A DNA stretch of 64,000 bases from Lingula anatina. Lineage: Eukaryota > Animalia > Brachiopoda. The notes under the pieces are model-generated. The model was not told the DNA's origin. It was given only the letters and a program-made list of their open reading frames with translations, and did not search any database. Both the position numbers and the translations under genes were made by a program. The stretch spans positions 25,302,401 to 25,366,400 of the forward strand of contig CM120641.1 of NCBI GenBank assembly GCA_051362555.1. The letters are read 5' to 3'. Each line of letters opens with the position of its first letter. The stretch's first letter is position 1. Shown one piece after another: positions 35,360-49,766 of the stretch.

Positions 35360-38300
35360 ATGAAAACTACAACAGAAAAAAGTTGCCGGTCGGACCATAC
35401 ATATTCCCATCAAGGTGAAAGTGAAAGACACCGGTCATGGATTTGTACGTTTCAGTCGTTGATTACTTTCACGGCATGGACAGTAATGTTGTGCGGATTA
35501 GCGTGGAGTATGACCATGGTATACAGACTGCAAGACAGGGTAGACAGACTGGAAACACAGTGTTCCAAGAATGAAAAAGTGGATCTGCAAAAGTATCTTG
35601 ATGAGAATTTACAGAGAGAAGTTAGCCGGGTAAGAGAATGGATGAAATATACCACCGTGTTTATTTTGAACTCTGATGTGATTGCAGTGATGCACAGAGA
35701 AGTTTGAAATGTAACACGGGATGATTGAAATGCAAGTGAAAGCAGAGTGGCATGGAGTTGTGCTTTGAAATACACATGGTGTCAACATTAGATAAATATT
35801 TGGATCCTATTGAATATTTCAGCACATTTATTATAGAAATGTAAACATTAAATTAATGTGAAAGGATTGATGTTACAAGGCAAGATATGATTAATAAAAA
35901 AATCCTGAGATCTCATCAAGAATATACATTGAATTCTGTTCAATTATATTGTCTTTCCATTGCAGCATATGATGATTCATTTGGCTAAATCTCGAAAAGT
36001 AAGAGCCTCAGGTGAGGGGCAATGCTTATGCCCGCCAGGTAAGTCCTCACGTTTAGTGCACATTCTATACTCCCTTAATGTAGATTTAAGTAAGTTGAAT
36101 TCTTTTTTATATGCTTTGCATGTAATTTAAACTAATAGACTATCTGTAGTTTTCAATAGTTACCACTTGACAAAAAGATAAGTGGATGATTAAAAGATAA
36201 AATGTATTTGACAGGACACCTGATCACTCATCCATCTCTTTGAATTAACTAAGTCGTGCATAAATTCTGTTTTTTAAAGTATAATCATCTTTCATGTATG
36301 TGATATAATATCATGTATTTACATTTTATGACATGTTAAACGAAAGGATCATAAAAGTAAGTTTAGGTTATGTAAAAAAAATGACAAAACAGTATAAAAC
36401 TTTATAAACATTCTGATATAAACCTTCTGATGTAAATTTTGCATGTTATTCAATGTCACTGTATTTTTGTGTAGTGCTTTGTATTTTGAAGTTAAAAGGC
36501 AACATTTTGTCATACTGTTGTCACAGCATATAATATCCCCTTTTCTGTGTTAAGGGAATAATGATATTAAAGTGGGCCTAACCTGATAGGTGGTAGAGTG
36601 ACATTTGAAAGAAGCTTGTACATTTTTAGGAATTCGTGCATAGCGGAGTTGATTAAGCTGCTAGTGTATCTCACCATCACTATTTCTTTTGCTTTTGAAA
36701 AAATGCTCAATATAGCGGCTGATTTTCCCCTTCATTGGGAGAGCTGACTGCACAGGATGGGGGTGGTGGCGGAGGGAGAATTATGAAACAAATATTAACT
36801 GTCTTTGTGCGATTCTATAATTTGATGCACTTTGAAGTTATTGAAAAGTAAATTTATACATGCTGTGGTAGCGCTAACACTCGCCAATTTAGCCAAATGC
36901 TAAAACTTACTTTAATTGGCTAAATAAAAAGGGCTTAATTTGACTTGTTTTAGTCAAATGATAACCATTTTGATTACAAATTGACAAAAAAAAGTGGCGA
37001 TTTGGCTAAGCGAAAACTATTGCTACCACTACCCCAGACATGGTGCAGTTAACAGTGTGTTAGAATTTGATGACATGTGGTTAACATGAAACATTTCTAA
37101 ATAAGGTCACACGAAGTTAAGATGTGTGATTAAAATATTTTGGAACAACTGCTGGACTGTAACTTGACATTAAAATGAGTTAAGATGATGGTCTTCAGTC
37201 CGTCTTCAGATTTATTTACACACCTGTTTATATGTTTACTCTAACTTAGAGATTCAGTTCTTAGATAAAAAATATCCCTTGAAAAACATTCTGAGCTCCA
37301 AATCTCTAAAGATCAGCCATGTTAGTTTTGTTATATTCTGAATTAAAATCAGACAAGGAACTGCACATGCAGACCACAGCCTAAATTCTGAGCTTATCTT
37401 TTTAAGTAGATAATGCCTTGTGCTGTAAATGAGCAAAACTGGAAAACATTACCAGTGTTTTTGAAAGACAACCTTTTTGTTATTTATTTAACATTAGAGT
37501 ACCAGCAAGCTACCTTGTATCTATCCCCTCTTCACTGAGCATCAATTATTCTTCCCAAGCAAGCTTCTGTCAGAACCACACACTAATCAAGTAGGGGGAA
37601 GGTAAATTACATTATTTCATTACCAGTCCATACGCTTATGCTTAGCTATCCAATAGCTGCAGTATTGAAGTTTTTTCCCCCCCTTGGTGCTGCGTGAGTG
37701 TTTTATTATGGAAAGCAGTCTTCATTCACCAAGGTAATTTGCTTTTTGACACTACTTAAATGTACTGATTTACTCGAAAAAAAAAGACACATGGGTATTA
37801 GGATATAAGAAGATTTTCTGTGGAAGAAGCTAAGTGATAGATGATAGCATCAATAATCCTGATACTATCTGTCTGGTTAACCCCACTATCATAGCTAGAA
37901 GGGATTAAAGGAAGTGTTCATAATCCCAAAACCAGCATCCTTCTCTACAAGGAAATTAAAAGCATTTGGTAAAGTAAACATGATAGATGGGATGGTTTTA
38001 CACTTCTCAGATCAGTGTAGGAAGGATAGGATGTTACCCCCTAGAAACATTGAATGAATGACCTCTAATCTTAGCCTTTGTGGTTTCAATATGGTCTTTT
38101 TCCACCATGTGGTATTCGCTTTATCTCATTCATTCCCTAGGGGAAATACTATGAGCTTATTGATTTTGATTTAAAACTTTGTATGCTTTCTATTTTGAGG
38201 TGCTCAGATCTATTTTCAAAATAAAAAAATATGAGAAAAGCAGAGCAGTTGCTTCAAAGTGTCAGTTTTGTAACCTTTTCTGTAGCATATATTCATTCCT

Positions 38301-41300
38301 GCAAATTTGATACAATTTTTTTTACATAAAAAAAACATTTTTTTCTACAGGTTTTGAAAACCCCATAGTACCCACAATGCTTTTAGACAAATTTCCTCAT
38401 TCTACTCTTGGAGAATATATTTTAGGTTTAATTCCACAAATTGTTTTTGTGAGCTTATTGTAAGCTATACTGGTGGTATTATTCTGTGTGGGCTTTGGTT
38501 ACCCCAACATGTAATGATAAAGTGTTAACAGCCAGAAACACATGGATGGGAACAGCCTTTCTGGAAAATGGCAGTCATAAAAATAAAACCGTCCTTATCT
38601 AGGCACTGGTTTGAAATCGCTAGGAAAGCTTCTTGCCCTTTGTAAATGGCTGATCAACAGGTTTATGTGACAGTATTATCTGTGGGTTGGATGATAATGG
38701 GTGTAAGCTTCATGGTAAAGGTTCAGAAATGGAGGGTCAGTTTACAGAACATAACTCTTACATCAGGTTAGAAAATACTGCACTGGAAGATAGAAGGCGG
38801 CGTCTGCTGGTTTTTTCTTTTCTTATTTATTAAGAGGTGGTGTTGTGTGTTAATGTTGTGGTTTACGTTAAGTGAACTTAATCCACACTTGTTGTGCTGG
38901 CGAAAGAATAAACTCAGATGTACAGAGTGCCAACAGAGAAAGCGGCAGTCCCAGTGAGCCCGTCTGTGTACTCTGGTTAATTCTAATCCAGTATCTTTGC
39001 CTAAGCCTAATTCTGACCTGTGGTTCTTATTCCACTATTCCATGTGATCTACAGCTGAACACACAGCTCTGCTCTGCTGTGTTTCTCAAGAACGGCAGTT
39101 CTTAAAGCAACCTTATTGTCCAGACATGTGGGATTGAATGGTGTGATAGTATCAGGGCTGTTCAAAAAACGCACAGTCCATTGACTCCAACCAGATGGTG
39201 TATCTCTAAGTTAATACATTTTTCTCATGATCTCCAGCATCACAATTAGAAATGCAAAGATACATAAATATTTTTTTCACATTTCTTCAGTCATGGTGGT
39301 TTGCATCAGCAGAGAGTAAAAGGAAGAGAGCATTTAGAAACTCATGGGATTTGTTAGAATAAATAGGATATCATATTTTGACATCTTTTACACTTAAAAT
39401 TCCTCAGAATACAGCCCATGTAAGCTATAGATTTATCATGTATGTGACATTTGCTGTAAAAGCAAGCAGAAACATGGTCCTTTTCAGACCAGCAACTTTT
39501 CTGATCAATTAAGTTTTTGTTTAGCACTTAAGAGCTTTTAAATAGTTTTGACAAAAAAGGAATACTTGAATACTGCTTGTGACTAATTTGGGATATTTAT
39601 ATCATCTATTTATTAAACTTTATTGTGTCATGGTAAATTTAAAATGTATTAGTAAATTGAGCAACTTCAAGAAACTTTGAATTTTAGAAAACTATCAAAA
39701 AGTAAAAGCACTTTACAAAGTGATGGGAAAAAATTGTGGTCTGTAAATGGAATCATTTCTCAGTCCATTGTGGTCACAGTGAATATGATAAGTGTTGAAG
39801 TATAGCTACTTTGTGGTATAAAGTTAGTTTTAAATAGTGGTTTTGATAATCTTTCTTGGTGGGTGAGTTAGGGATAGGACACATCTTATCTTCACCTTCT
39901 AATTGAATCTTCCAAATGGGAGTTGAAGGCTTCATGTGATTTCTATGTATATCCGTCAGGAGACTGAAAAAAAAACAACATTTTCTGTTAGTCTCTGTAG
40001 TGTGGGATCCACAGTAGATGGTGCACGTAAATCAAGGAAATGGCAATTCCAGGGAAAGATCTGGGCTTAACTTGTAAATACTCTAGGCTGAGTGTGCTCC
40101 AAGCATAAATTGCAATTAAAGATAGATGTTCTGGCTTGCTTTATTTCACCATAAAATTCACCTTCAGAATACACACACTTCTCGGTGAAATGAATAATTG
40201 AACTGCTTGCAGACATGGTGGCCAGAAAAAAACAGCCATATTTTTGGATAATTTGTTACTGTCCAAACCTCACAGTCATTAAAGTGTAGTAGAGAGAATC
40301 TTAATAAGTTGCCACATCAATTTAGCAATTTTTTAGAGTAACAGATGTGATGCCTCACTGTAGTAAATTTATGTAGGAATATTGGTTCTGTAGAATGGTA
40401 TTTTAGTAACCCCCTTGTAGCCATTGTTCACACACCAATTAATAATCTGATCTGTTCGTTAATATTGATTACCGAGTGAGATGTTGGAGGTTTTTTCCCA
40501 GAAAAGTGCACTGTTTATATTTGGTGAAAAGGTGTGAAAGCTGCAGGCCCTTGGAGCCCGGTTTACTTTCAGGTGGGTGCACTCTGTACTTAGCAGTTGA
40601 ACAGGGCTAGGTGAACAGTTGGAGAACAGGTGTGAAAGGATTCAGATCTCTGTTAACAAGATGGGAAAACACCTTTGTTACATCAGGAAGCAGGATTTAT
40701 AGCTATGGATCTGCTCCATTTGGTGAAGTTTTACCTACTAGTATATACCATAAATGCTGGAAAATATGTTTCAGAAAGTCTTTTTCTAATATCATGAAAC
40801 CCTTTTTTTAGTAACCCCACATGAAGTAATGCTGGATCTAATTAAATTCATTTCATCCACATTCACAGATGAATTTGCGCATTCCTTTTATTAACTTTTC
40901 CATTTGTATTAGCTTTGTGGTTTTGAGGTATGAAGAGGATTCACACCAGCAGGGCCCTCTTAATCTTCCCTTAATGAAGTTGACTGAGTCCAAGATATCT
41001 CAGCCGTGAAACTTGCGAACATATCTGATAGCAGGGTGAAGAGCAGACAAATGAATTGGGTAAATTGGGTCCTCAAGCTGAGAGAATTTAGTTGGGAGTG
41101 ACCAGTTTGATGATTTCATAGTCTTTTTGTACCATGTGTCTGATTATGAAAGACTCCGCAACTGCCACTAAGGCAGAAGAAAGCACCCCTACCCTTCCTT
41201 TTCAGGGCAGTGCATTGGACTATGGTGATGAGCATCTTTAGTATATTCTTGTGGGATCGGTAGGGTTCAGCGCTCCCACATGGGGGATAAAGAGCCCAAA

Positions 41301-43115
41301 TTGGTCTCTACAGTATATGTGCATTTGCGTAGAAAAAGTCAAGAAGATTGACTTGGCATGGGAAAACTAAGGTTGTCAACAGCCTGACCCCATCCTCAAT
41401 GTAAAAATGATGAGATTTTCAGAAAAATAATTTCTTCATTCTCATCCAGGTGCAGAAATAGGAAGAAATTTGAAAAAATAAGAAAAAAAAAACATTAATT
41501 TTGGACATTGAATTCATTCTTTTCCATCCTGGAAGGCATACTAGCTGAAAATATCTACTATTGCAGTTGTTTGTGTATATGGTTTTTTCACGTACAGTAT
41601 ATATCATAAAAGAAGTATCTGATCAGTGTTCAATTCCATCCCTATTCTATTCTATCTCTGATTTGATAGAGGCAAATTGGCCTGCCACATTAGAAAGGTC
41701 ACTTTAATTTCCTTTAATTACCAGATTAAATGCCTAACTCAAAGGCTCTTGCAATAAAATACCTGTGATTTACAAAATGTGGAAAGGCATAATAAAAAGA
41801 AGGGATTTTTTTATTGAGAATTGCACTGTATACCTTACAAGGAAAGGAAACATTACTTTGATGCATACCAAGAAGGTTCACTATGACTGTATCCAGCATA
41901 ATGTTTGTAGTTGATTTTGGGGTTTATGGATGTTGTCAGTGGTAGTAACCCCATCAACATGGTTTAGTATTATATTTTATTTGTTATGGATTATAGGGAT
42001 GTATTTTGTTTTTTGGGATTCCCGGAACCACCTTTTCTTGGAATTTGAGTCCTTTTTATTTCTTTAGTAATTTGATTTTAATGATTACTGAAATCCGCCT
42101 GAAAATTCTTAGAATTTTTCCCCAGGTCAAGATGTACTTCTTGATTTATTCACATGATACAGTAAGCATTATCCGGAGCTGGCCAGATCCATGTTTATTA
42201 TGGAAATGGATCAGTAAGAAAACTTGCCACCCTGAAGCGATGGGGGTTTACCTGAGAATCTATTAATTGAAGAGATTAAGTAGAGCGAGATTTAATTATG
42301 ACCAGGTAGAATCAGCTGGAACCAGGGATAAATGGACCATTAAATGAAGTAACACATTCTTGGTGTTATGTATTATTCAGTGGATACTGTACTATGCTAG
42401 GAAAGTGGGAAGTTACTTATAGGGTGTTCTAACGTACGTGATCCTGTTCTTGCAACCATATCTGTGTACGTGACTGTAGCTTAGGCACATAAGTGTATAA
42501 GGGTCATTTCACGGTATTTTTTCCTTCCATGAAACTTTAAGATTTTGACCAAGAAAATAGAATTGTATACTATTATATTTGTAAGTCTGAAAAGAAAAAA
42601 GAGTTTTATCATGGAAAAGCGATGCCACAGAATGACCTAATAAAGTATGAAATATAAAGTTAATTCTGAAATAATTCACTTTGGAGTCCCTTTTGAGAGT
42701 GTATAACATTCAGTTGAATGGTCCATATATATATATATATATAGTTAAAACCAGCTGATGAAGTTGTGCTTAGTCAGCAACAGAACATATTCTTCAGAAC
42801 CATCCTGTCTTGTTACTGCTGTCATCTTGAATAAAACGGCCTACCTTGCATTCTTATGATGTGGTTTCTTTGACAATTATGATTGATTTGAAGTGATCTA
42901 TGGCAAAGAAATATGTACCCATGCTTCTGTGTACACTCTAAGAACATTGTGTCTGTTGCTATAGCAAATTATCAAATGTTCTTGCTCTGTTCACCAGGTG
43001 AGAAAGCTGTCAAAAGAGGAATTTCAAATCAAACTGAAGTTTTATGGAAAACAAACCAAGAAAAAACATATAAATGTAGAAATAACAGTGTTGTTTCAAA
43101 AATAAACAATTCTTT

Positions 43116-43156
<41 letters not shown>

Positions 43157-46100
43157 AAAATAAAAACTAACTGAAAGCAAAAACTTGAATTAGGAAATAA
43201 AAGGGAAAGTTGACTACATTACCCCATGAGCCATGTAGTAATTTTTTTTGCTTACTATGTTTATTACGTTGCTGAAATTAAATTTCACAGGACCTGGTCA
43301 TTTGAAATTCAATAAGTTACTTGTGTAAACCCCAATTTAGATAATTTTTTTTACTGGCAACACTTGCCCTCTCAGCCCCTTTGTGGTAAGGAAAACTGAC
43401 CATCATTAGGAAATACAAAAGATCTCCCATGGATAAACATGTTTTGTTAGTCTTTCAAGTGTTTTTCTAACCATTGAAGCAACTTCAGAAGGAATGTAAG
43501 AGGATGGTTTATGCTGATTATACCAGGGAAATGGGGAGAGTTTAAAACGGGATATCCTCTCAGTTTTTAACTTTTTTTTAAAATAAAAATATTAATTTAA
43601 TATAAGGTCATTATGTTTCTTATTCATAAGTTTTACCCAGAAATATGTATTTTTAAAACACCATATTTGTTGATCTTTGTGCCTGTACTTTTTTATTGCT
43701 GCAAACTTTTTATAGCCAGGATAAGAGTAATGAAGAGACTAATTTGACTGGAAGTGTGGAAAAGGTTGCAGCAGGGCCAAAAATCACACATAAAAAGTCT
43801 TAGTTTTTATTTCCAATGGTTTAGAAGAGTGGCCATGGGAGAAATATAGTAGTCAGGTCAAATTACCAACTTCATCAAGTTCCATTTGTGTAGATCTTTA
43901 TCCAGAATCTCAGTTATTGTGCTTTACTGAACTAATGAAATTATGGCCCCAAATGGGTTCCCGCCATAATTCTATAGAGCATAACAAGCATAGACATTGC
44001 AATTGTTATTTGCATTAACGTAATTGATTTTAAAACACTGATACAGTGGTTAACTTATCATATAATATATGTATATCCCTCATAGGGGGTGTATTTGATA
44101 TAATTTCCATTGGAAGTTGGCAGGAGACTTGAAGTTGAAGGATGTTCAGCATTCCCCAACATTAGAAGAAATTGTCTTACCACATGTTTAATAAAGTAAT
44201 GAGATGTTGGAAATAAAGTAGTTTCAGAATAGTTTGCAGTATGATATGCCTTTCAACTTGATCTTTGATTTAGGTTTAAAGTCCTTACAGTAATGCTTTT
44301 TAACACAATACCATGAAACATTTAGTGCAAAAGCAGATTTAATTTTGTGGAAATTTCAGTTGCCTTAGTACATATAAATAAGATCTTTTATTTCAGCAAA
44401 AGTGATTGATATGTATTGATTTGGAGAAGATCACAGAAAAGAATGTGTTAATTAACATCACAGCTTTACAGCTTAAAATTCCTATGTTCAAAACTTTTAA
44501 TTGAATTATCTTTCAGGAGAAAAAGGAGAAAAGGGCAGGATAGGCTATCCAGGTCAGAAAGGAGAGAAAGGTCCAGAGGTATGTTGATTTCATGCCAAAC
44601 TTAATAAATAAATAAATAAATAAATAAAAAATGTATTTTTTTATTTATATAAAATCTTTGAGACCTGTAAAAGTAATAGGTCAGTGAAAGTCCCTTGTAA
44701 AATGCTTTGAAGGTGAACAAATTTATTTTCTTACAGATGAACCCAGTAATATGCTCCAAGTTCTTTTGTCATCTTTACTCAGTATTGTTTTTATAGTATT
44801 GTTATTATTATCATTTTTGAAATCATAAAGTTACTTTTTCTCATTGCTGTAGGTTAAAAGACTATCTGTTGCTTTCATGATATTTTGTTCAAAGATGAAA
44901 TCTCTTTTCATATAAGGCCTGTGCATGGATCCTCAAACCCTAACCTTATTTCTGTCCCTCCCCCTCAGTTTTATCTCCCATTCCCTGTACCCAGTAACTT
45001 TGTTCATGACAGCATCTTTACATTGGGCAGATCCTTTTTTATGTTTAATTTGTTTGCATCAGCCCCCACTGGCAACTGGAAGTTTTTTACAGGAAGAACA
45101 GAAAATCCCAACAACTTGTTTCCAATTCCCTGTCAGACTACAAGTACCTTACATACAAATATTTACCTTCTGTTGCTAAAGAACTTTCAAATTACTGTCA
45201 AAACACTACATAAACTTGAGCTTAATTTCAACCAAAACACCTAAAAGCAACCATTTATAACCAGAATGTGCCTGACAGTTACAATTACTTTACTTTGAGT
45301 TTGACCTTGAGATCAGAATTGTATGAGGACCTTACAAAGTATGAAATAACAGTCTTTTGAAATAAAGTCACTTTGGAGACCCTTTTGAAGTGTGTAACAT
45401 TGTGTGCATGATTGTAATCGAGTGCTGCACTTTGTTGTGTTTTCCAGGGCAAGAAAGGAGACACCGGACTCAGTGGCTTCCCGGTACCTGACACACTTTT
45501 ATGTCTTTTTTTTTGTTGCTTCTCTGCTGATCTGATTTGCTGTGCTTTTGCTGATGTTGTGGGGTCAGGGCAGGGGTTATAACTGTGGATCTGTTTTAAT
45601 TTAAAACTTTTTTCTGAACACAACTATGTTTCATTGCTGTTCAATCAATTCATCTGTTATATTAGTGAAAAGAAAGCAGCCTGTAGCCAGCAATTTGAAA
45701 AAGGGGTTTCTTTTTGTGAAAAGTGGCCCCCCCCTTTAATTTTTAACTTTAGAAATGTCACAGAAGTTACGTATCTGGATTTTTTCCAGACACAGGGACA
45801 GTTCTGTTGACACAGGCATGAAAAAATTGAAATGTTTATCTTAAATAACAGTGATTGCAGTTATGTGTCAGGCCCAACCCCACAAAATCATACTGTCTTT
45901 GTGGTCAGTCGTAGTCCATTTCATCTAGTTACTGACAATCATAGCTTGTTTTGGTATTCGCATTGTACCTCCTCAAAAGAGCTTCCATAGAAGAAGCCAC
46001 ATTTATGCAAATGATCCTGATTTATTAAAAAAACTGTGCTCATTTATAATTTGCATAGGTGATTCCACTGGGATCAACATAATGAAATGTCATTACTTAT

Positions 46101-49100
46101 GCAAATGCAACTTTATATTAGTGAACCGAAGTATGTAACACTGCTAGTGTGTGTGGGCTGCTGGCGATCCACAAATGACAGCTTTGGCTTCCTTAGCAAC
46201 GCAGCAGCTGTGGGGAGACATCAGGTTCTTCTCTTCTTCTGTTCCTTGCACTCTTTCCTTTTCTTTAATTTCATACTGGACTCATAATAACATGTTTAAT
46301 TTTTGCCAATGACAAAAAAAAGATTAGATTTTGACTAAAAGTATAATGTGAAATTTAACAATTTTGTTTTTGCTTGCTTAATTTGTTGTAACAAAGCTCT
46401 AGGCTAATCTTTCTAAACTAATCTTTAGATCATTGGCTAAGATGAAGTGCTATGGTGGGCCCAGGTATTATAACCTATTAGTTTGATGTCAACTGATTTC
46501 TTACCTACTCCCCCAACATACAGGTCTCCCAGTGCTTCCTCTGTGAACAACAGAGAAGGTCTTTACGTTTTATATCAGTTACTCATTCTTTTCTTTTGTG
46601 GTTGCTACCTGTTCATATTTTAGGGACAAGTGGGTCTTCCAGGCTGGCCAGGCCCAATGGTAAGTCAAAATTATATTATATTATTTATTTATATATTTAT
46701 AAGTTTATTATTTGTTTCATTGCTGTTATATTGGCTGATCTAACAAATGTACTGTTTATAAAGGAATAATGATAATGGTGATAATAATAATATGAAGAAG
46801 AAGAAGGAGAATTATTTTATGACCCCATTTCCATAGACGCCATTGGTCTACGTAGATCGATCATCCAACTCTGCAGGAAATCTTGTAATTGCAATCAGCT
46901 TAACTGAAAGATACCTTTTGTTTTCAATGTACTTGAATAATCACTAGCTTCTCGATATTCTACTTAACACCAGGGAGAAGTGTTTTAATCTGTTAAGATG
47001 ATTGCAATCTGCGAGAATCCTCGCATCCTCGTAGAGTTGGGTCAATCCACGTAGACCAATGTTATATTCTACTTAACACCAGGGAGAAGTGTTTTAATCT
47101 GTTAAGATGATTGCAATCTGCGAGAATCCTCGCATCCTCGTAGAGTTGGGTCAATCCACGTAGACCAATGTTATCTGTGGAAATATAGCCCATAATGCAA
47201 CTTTTCCCTTTTTTTTTCAATAGTTAACATCCAATACAAATAAAAATTTGAAAACTGTAAGAAATTAAACAAAAAGAAAAACAGAAAAGGAAGAATCAAA
47301 AAAAAAAAACTTTTGATGTATGAACTTTGTTTAAGAAGATAATGAGAAAAAAAAGACGAAAATATCCAAAGGAGACATAAAGGGGGGGGAGCACTCTTTG
47401 TTTAAAAAAAAGGAGCTTTATTTTTAAAAAAACGTGGTTGCAAAGGTTGATGGGATTTATCTAAATGTTTCTGCGTGTCTTCAACTTATAAAAAAGTGTT
47501 GAGGTAATAGGCATAATTTGTTATCAGCACAGAAGTCGGGCTTCTTCCATGATGTTCACCTCATAGGTGAACTGGGAGATAAAAGGAATGTATTGAAATA
47601 CAAGACTTCAGAGAAGCCTTTATGCTTACCTTTTCCACCTGTTGATTACTGTCAACCCAATCATGGTGTTCCTTTTTAACCAGAATGACTTTAGCCCATC
47701 ATATCCTTTAACAGTCCATAAACTTCCTGTAATTTTGATTGTAACATGTCAGCTTAGCTGTTGGTCTGTTAAGAGATGATATTGGAAAAAAAGTCTTGAA
47801 AATAATTGATGCTTTGAAGTATCCAGTTTTTTTTACAATAAAGATACCAATTTTATCACCCTTTCTTTATGTTACCAACCATGAGTAAAATTGTTAAATT
47901 GTGGCTATTGTGAAAAGTTTGTTAAGGTAGATGAGAAAAATGAGAAGGAATTAACTGTCAGCAAGTTGAGGTGCGGCCTCACCAAGTCCTATAATGACAA
48001 AGCATGCCTCTGTGTCACCCGGGGTAAACAGCAGTCTACAGTTTGGTAGTGTTTAGGCACAGAAATGCAGACTGGAACCTATCTGTTCTCAAATTCCTTC
48101 AAGTGTCAGGATAATGAAACCTTAAAAAGTACAGAGGCTAATGGGAATGGACAATTGCATTCCATAATGTCTTTGCAGAGTTAACTTTGTTTCATTCTTA
48201 CTACCCTTGATCTCTGTCCATATGTTCTATAAACAAATTCTTAAACACCATGTATGTATATATTGTAGCTGTCCACTTATTTGTCCTTGTCATCTTTATT
48301 TCTGAACCACTTTGTGTTGTCAACCCTGTTTAACAGACTTCATATCTTGTATGTCTTTTTAGCAGTATATTTCATGTCATCAGTGTCTCAAATTTCAAAA
48401 TTTAAAAAATCTATAGCAAATCAAAAGGATTTATTCTCAGTTCGGAGGCCCCAGGAGTGAAAGCAGATCAAATTTTCGAATGTGCTCAATGGATTTTATG
48501 ATACTTTTGGTATAATTATCTACCTTGGAATGTGTTAATTTCATCAGTGCAAAACATGGCTGTGTCGATGTCATCTTTATTATTAGTGGATCTATTCCTC
48601 CATCTATTAGACCCCATTTCCAGAGATTAGATCGATCTACTTTAGATCGACCTAACTCCCTGGGGGTTCACGTTAAATAGCTGTCAGCCGAGTGGACACG
48701 AAAGTTAATTACCCCCTTACAGCTTGTAGTAGACGGGACGGACATTTAAGCCGGATTATCTGACAGTAATCTAGTGAGACTCCCCGCGGGGATAGATCGA
48801 TCTAAAAGCTCTGGGAATACAGCCTTAGTGATAAACTGACGGAAAAATGAAAAAAAAACTCGCTATACCTTGTCTTGTTTAGAAGTATGTGATGTCATTA
48901 CGGTCACTGAAAAATTGAGATTTTGCAGGGATTGAAGTATTTTGGTAAAACAAAAGCAGTTTTCTTCCTGGGGGAGGAAGTAGTTTATAAACAATTGAAG
49001 CCCAAATAATCAAGCTAGAAGTTCTGTAACTATTGCACACATGTCTGGTAACACTTATCAAACACAGAAAAACCAGCAAGCAACAAGTGCCACCTCTCAA

Positions 49101-49351
49101 GTGCACTTCTTTTTTTCTCAAAAGACCAAATATTAAAAAACATAGTTGACCTGTAAATCATGTAGCCCTGTTTTGTGCTAGAAATGTGAATTTGATTAAT
49201 TATATAAACAGTTGAAATCGTACTTTAGTGTAAGTTTGTGTGATGACTTTCTCCATACATCTTAGCTATCTGTATACCAAACTGTATGACTGGATGTTTC
49301 CTGTTTAAATTTCAGGGTCCAAGGGGATTCAAGGGGGACAAGGGCGAAATG
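35360..49351 (+). CDS. Type II transmembrane collagen (MACIT; collagen XIII/XXIII/XXV-like), 5' part only
   Basis: Exon 35360-35629 encodes a cytoplasmic tail, a hydrophobic span (LITFTAWTVMLCGLAWSMTMVY) and a coiled coil (RLQDRVDRLETQC). Exon 35966-36038 reads ...KSRKVRASGEGQCLCPPG. Gly-X-Y exons follow: 44517-44578 (GEKGEKGRIGYPGQKGEKGPE), 45448-45483 (GKKGDTGLSGFP), 46624-46659 (GQVGLPGWPGPM) and 49316-49351 (GPRGFKGDKGEM). Phases are consistent. No stop or further exon was recognised before 64000. Confidence 0.88.
36859..37042. mobile_element. Degenerate MITE
   Basis: Imperfect TIR catgctgtggtag / ctaccccagacatg with internal ttagccaa/ttggctaa inverted motifs. No TSD visible. Confidence 0.4.
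46821..47191. mobile_element. PIF/Harbinger-type MITE with internal 109-bp tandem duplication
   Basis: ccatttccatagac..cattggtctacgtagat vs atccacgtagaccaatg..tctgtggaaat. Similar to 14070-14297. 46955-47063 is repeated at 47064-47172. Confidence 0.7.
48610..48824. mobile_element. PIF/Harbinger-type MITE
   Basis: Imperfect TIR gaccccatttccagag / ctctgggaatacagcc, internal tagatcgatcta palindromes, TSD tta/tta. Confidence 0.7.
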
Positions 49352-49380
49352 GTAAGAATTTATTACTTCTTATTGATTTA

Positions 49381-49766
49381 CGGAATTGCCAAGTTTGCAT
49401 TACTCAAGATGCTTAGATCTTATGTCTTATTAGCAATAGATTATGGTAATTGCTCGATCTTTTCAATGGGGGGAGAATTTTACAGATGCTGTATTTTTAA
49501 GCCATAATTTTGAAAAATTAGAATATTCCTATTAAGTGATAGCAACAAAATGTAAAAGTAGGCTACTCTATAGTGCTATTCTATGCAGTAAAAGCACCAC
49601 AAATGCTATGTAGAGATACAGTTTTTGTGATTATAAAATTATGTTTCTGTAAGTTTGAAAATTTTTGCCCATTGAAAAGATCGAGTAATTATAATGACAC
49701 TTTTTAAACAATGGGAGTCTGTCCTAAATTATGCTTAGAATATTCATGAATAAGTTGGCAACTCTG
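49381..49766. mobile_element. hAT-like MITE with 6-bp TSD
   Basis: TIR cggaattgccaagtt / aagttggcaactctg. Inner inverted repeat aattgctcgatcttttcaatggg / cccattgaaaagatcgagtaatt. TSD gattta at 49375-49380 and 49767-49772. Confidence 0.75.
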
